A DNA stretch of 35,967 nt from an uncultured bacterium. GTDB lineage: Bacteria > Hydrothermota > 32-111. Positions within the stretch are counted from its first letter, which is position 1, and each line of letters starts with the position of its first letter. Of this stretch, positions 18,355-26,500 are shown piece after piece. The stretch lies in contig CBDUZN010000003.1 in assembly GCA_965371715.1 (NCBI GenBank), forward strand, positions 1-35,967. The letters are read 5' to 3'. The position numbers and the translations under genes are program-made. The notes beneath the pieces are model-generated. The model saw only the letters and a program-made list of their open reading frames with translations, searched no databases and was not told the DNA's origin.

Positions 18355-20994
18355 ATGAAAAAAGTATTTTTTATTACTTTAATTTTCATAATTAGTAGCT
18401 TTACGCTATTAATGGCAGAGAATGGATTAATTTCAGATAATTATATATCTGATGGAATTAATGCAACGGGTGATTCTTTAAATTGCACATTATTAGGTGG
18501 ATGGTTCACAGGTCCCTGTAGTGCAATATATGCTAAAGATACTATTGTTTTTATGGGAGATGGTGGTTATATGCGCATACTAAACATGAGTGATCCCTCT
18601 AATCCTATTGAAATAAGTAAATACAGAAACATTGCCTTTGTGGAAGATATTTTTGTTAAAGATACAATAGCATATATTTCAATAGGTAATGATGGTGTTG
18701 CAATTGTTAATGTTTCTGATCTTAATAATCCGGTTTACATTAATTCAATGTCAACCAATCGAATTTCGTTAAAAACATTTATACTTGATTCATTTGCATA
18801 TGTATCTGTTGGCGGAAGTGGATTTAGCATTATCAATGTTTCTGACCCTTCAAATCCTATATTTAAAACTACCTTTGATCCGGGTGGAACAGTGAGAGAT
18901 GTTTTTGTTATTGATACATTGGTTTATGTTGCAGATGGTTCAGGAGGATTCTGTATTGTTAATATTGCCAATTTGGATAGCATTGAAACAATAGGGACTT
19001 TTGATACAACAGGATATGGTCAAGGCATTATTGTGGTTGATACAATTGCATATTTATCTGATTATAATATGGGGCTTAAAATATTTAATGTAAAAGATCC
19101 AACTAATCCCCAGCTTATTAGTAATTGGTCGGGATCCGGGCAAGCTTATGAAACATATATTATTGACACAGTTGCATATTTAGCAAAGGGTGGTAATTTT
19201 TATACTCTTAATATATCAGATCCATCAGCACCTTTTTTAATGGGGACACTTGCATCACCAAATCTTTCATCAGATGTGAATGTTGTTGGAAATACCGCAT
19301 ATATTTCAGACGGACGCTATGGAATGAAAAGCATTGATGTTTCTAATCTATCAAGTCCAACTCTTCTTGCAAGGATTGATGCATCTACTTCATTAGAGAA
19401 TGTAGTAGTTAGAGATACCATTGCATTTGTTTCAAATGGGTATAATGGTTTATCCATTGTAAATATTAAAGATCCTACAAATACTGAAGAAATAGCAAGA
19501 TTTGAAACTAATGCACTTCTGTATAAAACTATAATAGAGGATACATTAGCCTTTTTGGCTATTGGAAATTCAGGATTTCAGATAGTAAATATTGCGGATA
19601 TTTCGGCACCATCAAGTATTGCATCCTTTAATACCAGTGGATCTGTTCGTGATTTATCTATTGCTGATACACTTCTATATCTTGCAGATGGTTCAGGTGG
19701 TATTCGTGTTCTTGATATATCTAATCTTGCAATTCCTTCAGAAATTGGTTTTTTGGATCTCTCCTTTTCCCCAATTAGAATTGTAATTACGGATGCATAT
19801 GCTTTTATGGGGGATTCTTGGGATAGCATTAGAGTAATCGATATTTCAGATCCTACTAATCCCACTTTACAAAACAGTATTGGTACATTGGATGATATAT
19901 ATGAATTGCAGATCATTGATACATTTCTTTATGTAGCGAATGATGCTGTCGGCATTTTGATATACAGCATTTCAGATCCTGTAAATCCTTTGTTTATTAA
20001 TTCATTTGATACGGGAAATTATGTAAGAGGTTTATATGTTGAAGACACTCTTGCATATATTGCAGATGCTTATCATGGAATGACAATTGTTAATATTGCA
20101 AATCTAACAGGTATGTTTGAAGCTGGTAATTATGAAACAGGAGAAGAATGCCGGGGTATTTTTGCTAATTATCCTCTTGTTTATGCATGTGATGTAAATG
20201 ATGGTCTTTACATTATCAAATATCCAATGGATGCACTTGTTTCTTGTGATTTATCCGGTACAGTAGGATTATCCGATAATCCTGCGGACTCAAGTGAAAC
20301 CTATGTATCCATAGTAGAACTGGGTATTGCTGATACAACGGATGCACATGGATATTATGAATTTGTTGGTTTAAATGTGGGCACATATACAGTAGTATTT
20401 TCACATATTAGTTATATTAATGACACAATTGATGTGTCTTTGTATTCTAATGAAACAGTTAACACAGTATTGAATACAATAGCTAATTATTATAATATTA
20501 CTGGTACAGTAGGATTATCGGATAATCCGGCTGATTCAAGTGATTCTTATATATCTATAGTAGAGTTAGCACTTATAGATACAACAGATATTCATGGATA
20601 TTATGAATTTATCAATATTGCAGAAAACATATATACATTGATATATACACATAACACATATAAACCCGATACAATAATAGATACATTAAATGGTAATCAT
20701 AATATTGATGTAACATTATTAGCCCTTTCAGGCATATTAGATAAAGATATAAATAGACCAACAATATCGGATATTAGAACAGAAGAAAATATATCTTTTG
20801 TATATAATAAACTAACAGATAAGAAATCAACAGTATGTTTATATGATGTATCAGGTAGAGAACTATTCAGAAAAGAAATAAATGAACAGGGTCTATACAA
20901 GATACAGACAGGGAATATGATCAAAGGAGTATATTTTCTAAGAATAGATGAACAAGATATAGTTCATAAACGGAAACTTATTTTAATCAAATAA
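18355..20994 (+). CDS. Secreted LVIVD-repeat beta-propeller protein with two carboxypeptidase-regulatory-like Ig domains and T9SS/FlgD-like C-terminal domain
   Basis: GGAGG RBS, signal peptide, ~14 AYxxxxxxGxxIxNxSDPxNP repeats, two GTVGLSDNPADSS..DTTDxHGYYEF modules, LYDVSGREL...KGVYFL...KLILIK. Confidence 0.88.
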   Translation: MKKVFFITLIFIISSFTLLMAENGLISDNYISDGINATGDSLNCTLLGGWFTGPCSAIYAKDTIVFMGDGGYMRILNMSDPSNPIEISKYRNIAFVEDIFVKDTIAYISIGNDGVAIVNVSDLNNPVYINSMSTNRISLKTFILDSFAYVSVGGSGFSIINVSDPSNPIFKTTFDPGGTVRDVFVIDTLVYVADGSGGFCIVNIANLDSIETIGTFDTTGYGQGIIVVDTIAYLSDYNMGLKIFNVKDPTNPQLISNWSGSGQAYETYIIDTVAYLAKGGNFYTLNISDPSAPFLMGTLASPNLSSDVNVVGNTAYISDGRYGMKSIDVSNLSSPTLLARIDASTSLENVVVRDTIAFVSNGYNGLSIVNIKDPTNTEEIARFETNALLYKTIIEDTLAFLAIGNSGFQIVNIADISAPSSIASFNTSGSVRDLSIADTLLYLADGSGGIRVLDISNLAIPSEIGFLDLSFSPIRIVITDAYAFMGDSWDSIRVIDISDPTNPTLQNSIGTLDDIYELQIIDTFLYVANDAVGILIYSISDPVNPLFINSFDTGNYVRGLYVEDTLAYIADAYHGMTIVNIANLTGMFEAGNYETGEECRGIFANYPLVYACDVNDGLYIIKYPMDALVSCDLSGTVGLSDNPADSSETYVSIVELGIADTTDAHGYYEFVGLNVGTYTVVFSHISYINDTIDVSLYSNETVNTVLNTIANYYNITGTVGLSDNPADSSDSYISIVELALIDTTDIHGYYEFINIAENIYTLIYTHNTYKPDTIIDTLNGNHNIDVTLLALSGILDKDINRPTISDIRTEENISFVYNKLTDKKSTVCLYDVSGRELFRKEINEQGLYKIQTGNMIKGVYFLRIDEQDIVHKRKLILIK

Positions 20995-20999
20995 TAGAG

Positions 21000-21025
21000 A
21001 GGCGGGTTTATAACCCGCCTTTTTT
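21000..21025 (+). terminator. Rho-independent terminator
   Basis: AGGCGGGTT-TAT-AACCCGCCT followed by a T tract. Confidence 0.85.
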
Positions 21026-21109
21026 ATTCGCATGTGTTTTCTCTTGAAATTTCAAAGGAAGTCATTATACTATTTGAAAATGATTATCATTATCAAAACA
21101 GGAGGTATA

Positions 21110-22447
21110 ATGAAAAAATATGATATTATAATTATTGGAGGAGGACCTGCCGGAATAATAACAGCTGGTACTGCAAAAACCTATTATCCGGATAAAAGTA
21201 TTCTTGTTATAAGAAAAGAGGAAAAATCTGTTGTTCCATGTGGAATTCCTTATATGATGAGCACAATTGGTGTTGATCAAAACTTTGTCCCAGATAAGGC
21301 AATTACAGGTAATGGGTCTGAATTACTTATTGATGAGGTTCTGGAAATTGATATTGATAAGAAAATAGTTAAAACAGCAAAAGAGACATTTGAATGTGAT
21401 AAAATAGTATTAGCAATGGGTTCATCACCAACAGAACCAGCATGGCTAAAGGGAAGAGAAAAGAAAAATGTATTTTATATAAAGAAATCATCGGAATATC
21501 TTGCAGAATTAAGAGAAAAGAGTACTAATTTTAAGAAGATTGTGATACTTGGTGGTGGATTTATTGGCGTGGAAGTGGCAGATGAGCTTCATAAAGAGGG
21601 TTTAGATATTACAATTGTGGAAAAATTACCGCATATGTTATCTCTTGCTTTGGATTCAGATTTATGTGCAACAGTTGATGAAACTTTGAAAGAAAGAGGA
21701 CTCAATGTTGTAACAAATGCAACGGTGAAAGAGATTGTTGGTGGAGATAAGGTGGAAGGTGTACTTCTTGAAGATGGCAGTAAACTTGAAGCGGATGCAG
21801 TGATAGTGTCAATTGGTTATACACCAAATACAGAAATTGCAAAAAAAGCAGGATTACTAATGGGTCCAAATAAAACAATTTGGGTTGATGAATATATGCG
21901 CACCAATAAAAAAGATATATTTGCGGTTGGTGATTGTGTTGAAAGAAAGTCATTTATTACAAGAAAAATATCACATGTAATGCTTGCATCAACAGCAACA
22001 AGTGAAGCAAGAATTGCAGGCGCAAATCTATTTAAATTACAGATACTTAAAACATTTACAGGAACAATAGGTATTTTTTCAACAAGGATTGGAGAGCGTG
22101 CATTTGCTTGTGCTGGCTTAACAGAGAGATTAGCTAAGGAAGAAGGATTTGATATTACTATTGGCAAATTTGAGACAAAAGATAGACATCCTGGCTCTTT
22201 GCCGGATGCATCTACAATTCAAGTTAAACTTATTGCTTCAAAAAAATCAGGTACACTAATAGGCGGTCAGGTATGCGGAGCTGAATCAACAGGGGAAATG
22301 ATTAATATTATTGGATTAATGATTCAAATGAAAATGTCTGTCCATGATATCATGATTCTTCAAATAGGTACACATCCTCTTCTTACGGCAGCACCAACAG
22401 TATATCCAATTATTAAAGCAGCAGAACAGATAATACCCAATTTATAA
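21110..22447 (+). CDS. NADH oxidase / CoA-disulfide reductase family flavoprotein
   Basis: GGGPAG (FAD), single redox Cys VPCGIPY, GGGFIG.E (NAD), IFAVGDC, C-terminal THP dimerisation domain; GGAGG RBS before ATG 21110. Confidence 0.9.
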   Translation: MKKYDIIIIGGGPAGIITAGTAKTYYPDKSILVIRKEEKSVVPCGIPYMMSTIGVDQNFVPDKAITGNGSELLIDEVLEIDIDKKIVKTAKETFECDKIVLAMGSSPTEPAWLKGREKKNVFYIKKSSEYLAELREKSTNFKKIVILGGGFIGVEVADELHKEGLDITIVEKLPHMLSLALDSDLCATVDETLKERGLNVVTNATVKEIVGGDKVEGVLLEDGSKLEADAVIVSIGYTPNTEIAKKAGLLMGPNKTIWVDEYMRTNKKDIFAVGDCVERKSFITRKISHVMLASTATSEARIAGANLFKLQILKTFTGTIGIFSTRIGERAFACAGLTERLAKEEGFDITIGKFETKDRHPGSLPDASTIQVKLIASKKSGTLIGGQVCGAESTGEMINIIGLMIQMKMSVHDIMILQIGTHPLLTAAPTVYPIIKAAEQIIPNL

Positions 22448-22455
22448 AAGAACTA

Positions 22456-22486
22456 AAGCCCGGGGAAAACCGGGCTTAACCTTTTA
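22456..22486 (+). terminator. Probable terminator hairpin
   Basis: AAGCCCGG-GGAAAA-CCGGGCTT then AACCTTTT. Confidence 0.65.
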
Positions 22487-22561
22487 TTATCCATATTAAA
22501 TACATATATTCATTCGTGATTCCATAAAGATGTAAAAAATGTGAATTTGATAAAATAGGAG

Positions 22562-22589
22562 AGGGAATAAACGCTAAGGTTTATTCCCT
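22562..22589. other. Conserved stem-loop, module copy 2
   Basis: AGGGAATAAAC-GCTAAG-GTTTATTCCCT; compensatory C-G pair where copy 1 has T-A. Confidence 0.8.
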
Positions 22590-22642
22590 TTTTAGATAGA
22601 TATGTCCATTAGAGGTTTTTGTTTTTAATAAAGCTTCCATAT

Positions 22643-22771
22643 TTAGAAAGAAAAGCTATGCATAAGTGTTGAGCAATAACTTAAAACAAAAACAGGGAAA
22701 CCAATTATTAACATTCCAATAAAGATTATTCCTGCTTTTGATATTTTTTGTTTATTTACTACATTTGACAT
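22643..22771 (-). CDS. Small hydrophobic peptide, 42 aa (MSNVVNKQKISKAGIIFIGMLIIGFPVFVLSYCSTLMHSFSF)
   Basis: GGAGGACAAAATG RBS/start; paralog of 17972-18073. Confidence 0.78.
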   Translation of the reverse strand: MSNVVNKQKISKAGIIFIGMLIIGFPVFVLSYCSTLMHSFSF

Positions 22772-22804
22772 TTTGTCCTCCAGTTTTTTATATTTGATTG
22801 ATAA

Positions 22805-22830
22805 TACGAGTTTATATTTCAAATGTTACA
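22805..22830 (-). promoter_or_regulatory. ECF-sigma-type promoter, copy 2
   Basis: Minus strand TGTAAC-N16-CGTA(TTATC). Confidence 0.7.
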
Positions 22831-22915
22831 AACAATGATAATCTTGATTTTTTTTTAATTACCCATATAATTAAATAGTGTTTAGATATATACACTTAAT
22901 CTATAAGGAGAAAAT

Positions 22916-23038
22916 ATGACAAGTAGTGGAGAAAAGAAAAAGAAATTAAAGATTGAACGCAAGAAGCCAACAAAATTAAAAAAATCAGTAAAAATCCCTA
23001 TGAAAAAATCAACGCAAAAAAGGATACCAAGGGGATAA
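22916..23038 (+). CDS. Small basic protein, 40 aa (MTSSGEKKKKLKIERKKPTKLKKSVKIPMKKSTQKRIPRG)
   Basis: TTGATT-N16-TATAAT at 22844-22871, AAGGAG RBS, 14 Lys + 3 Arg. Confidence 0.55.
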   Translation: MTSSGEKKKKLKIERKKPTKLKKSVKIPMKKSTQKRIPRG

Positions 23039-23106
23039 TAAAAAGAGTACATATTTATTTCTTATAAAGTCATTGGATTTAAAGTCCCTTTAAAGAGGAG
23101 AATAGG

Positions 23107-23988
23107 ATGAAAAAATGTATTTTTGTTATAATCATAATTTTTTTAGTATGTGTGATTTATGCAGATAGAGGGTCAATTCCGTTTAATCCGAATATCCAGA
23201 TTTTTGAACCAAATCAAAGAGCAATGATAGTATGGAATGGAGAAGAGGAGATTTTATTATTATCAACAGATATGTATGCTTCGGGAAAAACAGATGTGCT
23301 TGAAGTGATCCCATTGCCTTCAGAGCCTACTGTAAAAAAAGGGGATACTGAGGTTTTCAAAAAGGCAATCAAATTAATTAATAAAAAAACAATCCCCCCA
23401 CCTATGCATGCATTTGATAAAGTAGCAGCTGAAAATAAAAGCAGACAACCTGCAGGAGAAATCATATTTCATAAAAAAATAGGTTCGCATGATGTATCGG
23501 TTGCACATGTAATAGATGGTGATGGTTTTATAGAATGGGTTGAAAATTATCTTAAATCAACAGGGATTGAAAATCCTATAATTCCTGAAGCATTGAAAAG
23601 TGTAGTAAAAGAATATATTGAGGATGATTTTAAGTGGTTTGTTTTTGATGTTATATCCCTTGATAATGAAACAATAACAAATGAAGCAATTCAATATAGG
23701 TTCAAAACAGATTATTTATATTATCCATTAAAAATAACAAGAACAGAAAAGGATTATACAGTGATTGACTTATTAATTCTAACACAGAATTTATTAGGTA
23801 ATTTTCCGGGAATTTCAATTGATGATATAACTTTATTACATAGACCGGTACTTATCACATCAGATGAATTAAAGGAATTGAATGAAGATATGAGATCGCT
23901 TTTTGGTGAATTTGAAGAAATGAATCTTCGTGTATGGCAATTAGAGGGAGAGTTATCATCATTTGAAGATGATTTGATTGCATATTAG
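23107..23988 (+). CDS. Exported protein, DUF2330-like
   Basis: GAGGAG RBS, signal peptide, QRAMIVWNGEEEILLL, VIPLPSEP, YYPLKIT. Confidence 0.7.
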   Translation: MKKCIFVIIIIFLVCVIYADRGSIPFNPNIQIFEPNQRAMIVWNGEEEILLLSTDMYASGKTDVLEVIPLPSEPTVKKGDTEVFKKAIKLINKKTIPPPMHAFDKVAAENKSRQPAGEIIFHKKIGSHDVSVAHVIDGDGFIEWVENYLKSTGIENPIIPEALKSVVKEYIEDDFKWFVFDVISLDNETITNEAIQYRFKTDYLYYPLKITRTEKDYTVIDLLILTQNLLGNFPGISIDDITLLHRPVLITSDELKELNEDMRSLFGEFEEMNLRVWQLEGELSSFEDDLIAY

Positions 23989-24050
23989 ATTAATAATTAT
24001 TAAACAAGACAAACTATTGCAATTATTGAAGAAATAATTAAATTATTAAT

Positions 24051-24488
24051 ATGGAATACTATTTCGCATTTGGATCAAATATGAGCAAGAAGCAAATGAA
24101 AAGTAGATGCAAAGACAGTGAATTTCTTGGTAGAGCATATATAAAGAATTATAAATTTGTATTTGACGGTTATTCTGAGACAAGAAAAGGTGCTGTTGGC
24201 AATATTGTTCCTAATGAGAATGGGATTGTATGGGGATGTTTATATGAAATTTCTGGAGAGGATGAAATAAAACTGGATAAATGCGAGGGTTACAATAATG
24301 GTATTTACGATAAAATGGAAATAGATGTGATTACAGATGATGAATTAACAATAACAGTATTGATTTATTTTAGAGTAAATCAGGATATTGGGATTCCTTC
24401 TGAAGAATATCTAAATACTGTTATTGAAGGAACAAGAGATTGTTGTTTACCCGATGAATATATAGAATATATTATGTCTTTAGGATAG
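24051..24488 (+). CDS. Gamma-glutamylcyclotransferase (GGCT/AIG2-like)
   Basis: YFAFGSNM, VWGCLYEI, LDKCEG, PSEEYL. Confidence 0.9.
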   Translation: MEYYFAFGSNMSKKQMKSRCKDSEFLGRAYIKNYKFVFDGYSETRKGAVGNIVPNENGIVWGCLYEISGEDEIKLDKCEGYNNGIYDKMEIDVITDDELTITVLIYFRVNQDIGIPSEEYLNTVIEGTRDCCLPDEYIEYIMSLG

Positions 24489-24515
24489 GGAGATTTAATA
24501 ATAAAAAAATATTAT

Positions 24516-25688
24516 TTATTTCTCTATTATTTCCTTATTTATAATATCACCGGTTATTATTTCAAGATATTTTAATTTTTTGTTTTCCAAAGAAATAGAG
24601 AAATTATTATTAATAATTGTTTGATTTAAATACTCTTTTTCACTGGAATCCTTAAGTATGATATGCCTAACAAGAGCATTATCAAACCTTAGTATTAAAG
24701 AGTCATTTTCAATTTTATATGAATAATCAAGTGAAGGAGCAATGATTTCCGTACTCAGATCTATTGTGAAGTTGAATTTCTTATCTATTTCATTTCCATT
24801 TTCGTCAAATAATGTACCACATAAAGAATCGTTTCCAAATGACTTCATTCCAATATAATGATACATTGCATATCCGCCATTTTCATGAAGTGGAGCACCT
24901 GCACCACCAGAAACAATATAATTGATATTATCAACATTAAAATTGATATATTGGTGAATATGAGCAAAAAAGCCAACATGAATACCATAAAATTTCATCA
25001 TATTAAGAAATGTTTTTACATTACTTTTTTCAATATTTGGTTTTGGGTATTCCTTTTCACCGCCAAGACAATGGCTCGTAATATGAGGTTTTAAAATGGG
25101 AGGAACATGAGTTAATACAATTGGAATGGTTCCATTCTTTTTTGTTTCAAGTAGAACACTATCCATCCACATTAATGTTTCCTGTGATATGAAATAATCA
25201 CAATAGTTTTTATCTCCGACTTTTTTATGATGACCTGTTCCAAAACAAATAAATGTGTAATTCCCAACATCAAATGAAATATCGGTAGTTCCAAAATATT
25301 TATTATAATAATAATCACCGCTATCTGAATAAACCTCATGATTTCCTTTTAATGATATCCATGGAAATACAGATGTATTAATTTTTTTCAGGTATCTTTG
25401 ATATTCTACATTAAGCCCAATAAGGGTTAAATCACCTGTATGAATTACAAAATCAGGGAGGACTTTATCATTGTTTATATTGTCAACAATTTTACTGAAT
25501 ATGCTGTCTCCTATTCCCATGCCTTCTTTTACAACTTCTCTATTTCTGCTATCTCCCATTATGATAAAATATAGATTATCATTCTTCTGTAATTTATTAA
25601 TCTTATCAATATTTGTTATATTCAGATTATCTGAAAAACTTATTATTGAAATGATTATAATTATAATTATGATAAAAATTTTTTTCAT
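24516..25688 (-). CDS. Exported calcineurin-like metallophosphoesterase
   Basis: Signal peptide; GDSR, HTGDL, GNHE, THVP, AHIH, SGGAGAPL. Confidence 0.9.
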   Translation of the reverse strand: MKKIFIIIIIIIISIISFSDNLNITNIDKINKLQKNDNLYFIIMGDSRNREVVKEGMGIGDSIFSKIVDNINNDKVLPDFVIHTGDLTLIGLNVEYQRYLKKINTSVFPWISLKGNHEVYSDSGDYYYNKYFGTTDISFDVGNYTFICFGTGHHKKVGDKNYCDYFISQETLMWMDSVLLETKKNGTIPIVLTHVPPILKPHITSHCLGGEKEYPKPNIEKSNVKTFLNMMKFYGIHVGFFAHIHQYINFNVDNINYIVSGGAGAPLHENGGYAMYHYIGMKSFGNDSLCGTLFDENGNEIDKKFNFTIDLSTEIIAPSLDYSYKIENDSLILRFDNALVRHIILKDSSEKEYLNQTIINNNFSISLENKKLKYLEIITGDIINKEIIEK

Positions 25689-25836
25689 CTTTTTCTCCTT
25701 TTTTAATATTATTTTATACCTTATAAATAAAGAATCAAGAGGAAAATTAGGGAGACATATAAATCTAATCTTTATCTTGTAAAATATTTAACAAGTGATA
25801 TAATAACAAGATTAATAGAAAATAAGGATTATATTT

Positions 25837-26184
25837 GTGAATAAGAAAACAGATAAAGATATATTTAAAGATTACTTAGATAATACAAATATTAGTATTA
25901 ATAATAAGTATGATGCAAAAAAGAGAATAAAAAGGAATAGAAATAAAACTGTTGATTTACATGGATTAAACAGATATGAAGCGGAAAATCGTATTTTATC
26001 CCTTCTTAAAAGTTATAAAACTGAAAATGTAAGGCAAATGAAGATTATATGCGGTAGAGGCACTCACAGTGATGAAGGACCTATTCTTTTTCAGCATATA
26101 AAGGATTTACTTAATAAAAACACTAATTATTATTGCAAATACAAAATGGATATAAATAACAATATAATGGTTTACTGGGAGTAA
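25837..26184 (+). CDS. Stand-alone Smr/MutS2 domain protein
   Basis: VDLHGLNRYEA, KIICGRGTHS. Confidence 0.85.
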   Translation: MNKKTDKDIFKDYLDNTNISINNKYDAKKRIKRNRNKTVDLHGLNRYEAENRILSLLKSYKTENVRQMKIICGRGTHSDEGPILFQHIKDLLNKNTNYYCKYKMDINNNIMVYWE

Positions 26185-26187
26185 TAA

Positions 26188-26490
26188 ATGTTAAAAAAAA
26201 TTATTCTAATTATTTTTGTGATTTTACTTATTGGAGTTATTTCATCCTGCCAGAATGAGAGAAATATTGTTGAGGATGCATCACAAAAGACACTTGAATT
26301 ACCAGATAAGGCAAGGGTAACAACAGATCTTCTTACTTTAAGGTCTGTGATCAAGCAGAAAAGTGCTATTAGTAATCAATATCCTGAAACATTGGAAGAA
26401 CTTAATTTAAATTTAAATATGCCTATAAGTGATTATAAATATGATAAAAATACAGGAACAGTAAAAAATAAGGACTATCCAAAACTCTAA
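26188..26490 (+). CDS. Putative lipoprotein
   Basis: Basic N-terminus, hydrophobic core, ISSC lipobox-like motif. Confidence 0.7.
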   Translation: MLKKIILIIFVILLIGVISSCQNERNIVEDASQKTLELPDKARVTTDLLTLRSVIKQKSAISNQYPETLEELNLNLNMPISDYKYDKNTGTVKNKDYPKL

Positions 26491-26500
26491 AGGAGCAGAA

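Noticed and set aside
20257-20720. Second 246-bp periodicity equal to that in the other LVIVD gene
   Set aside because: Diverged duplication of an unrelated 82-aa Ig-like domain; equal length is coincidental
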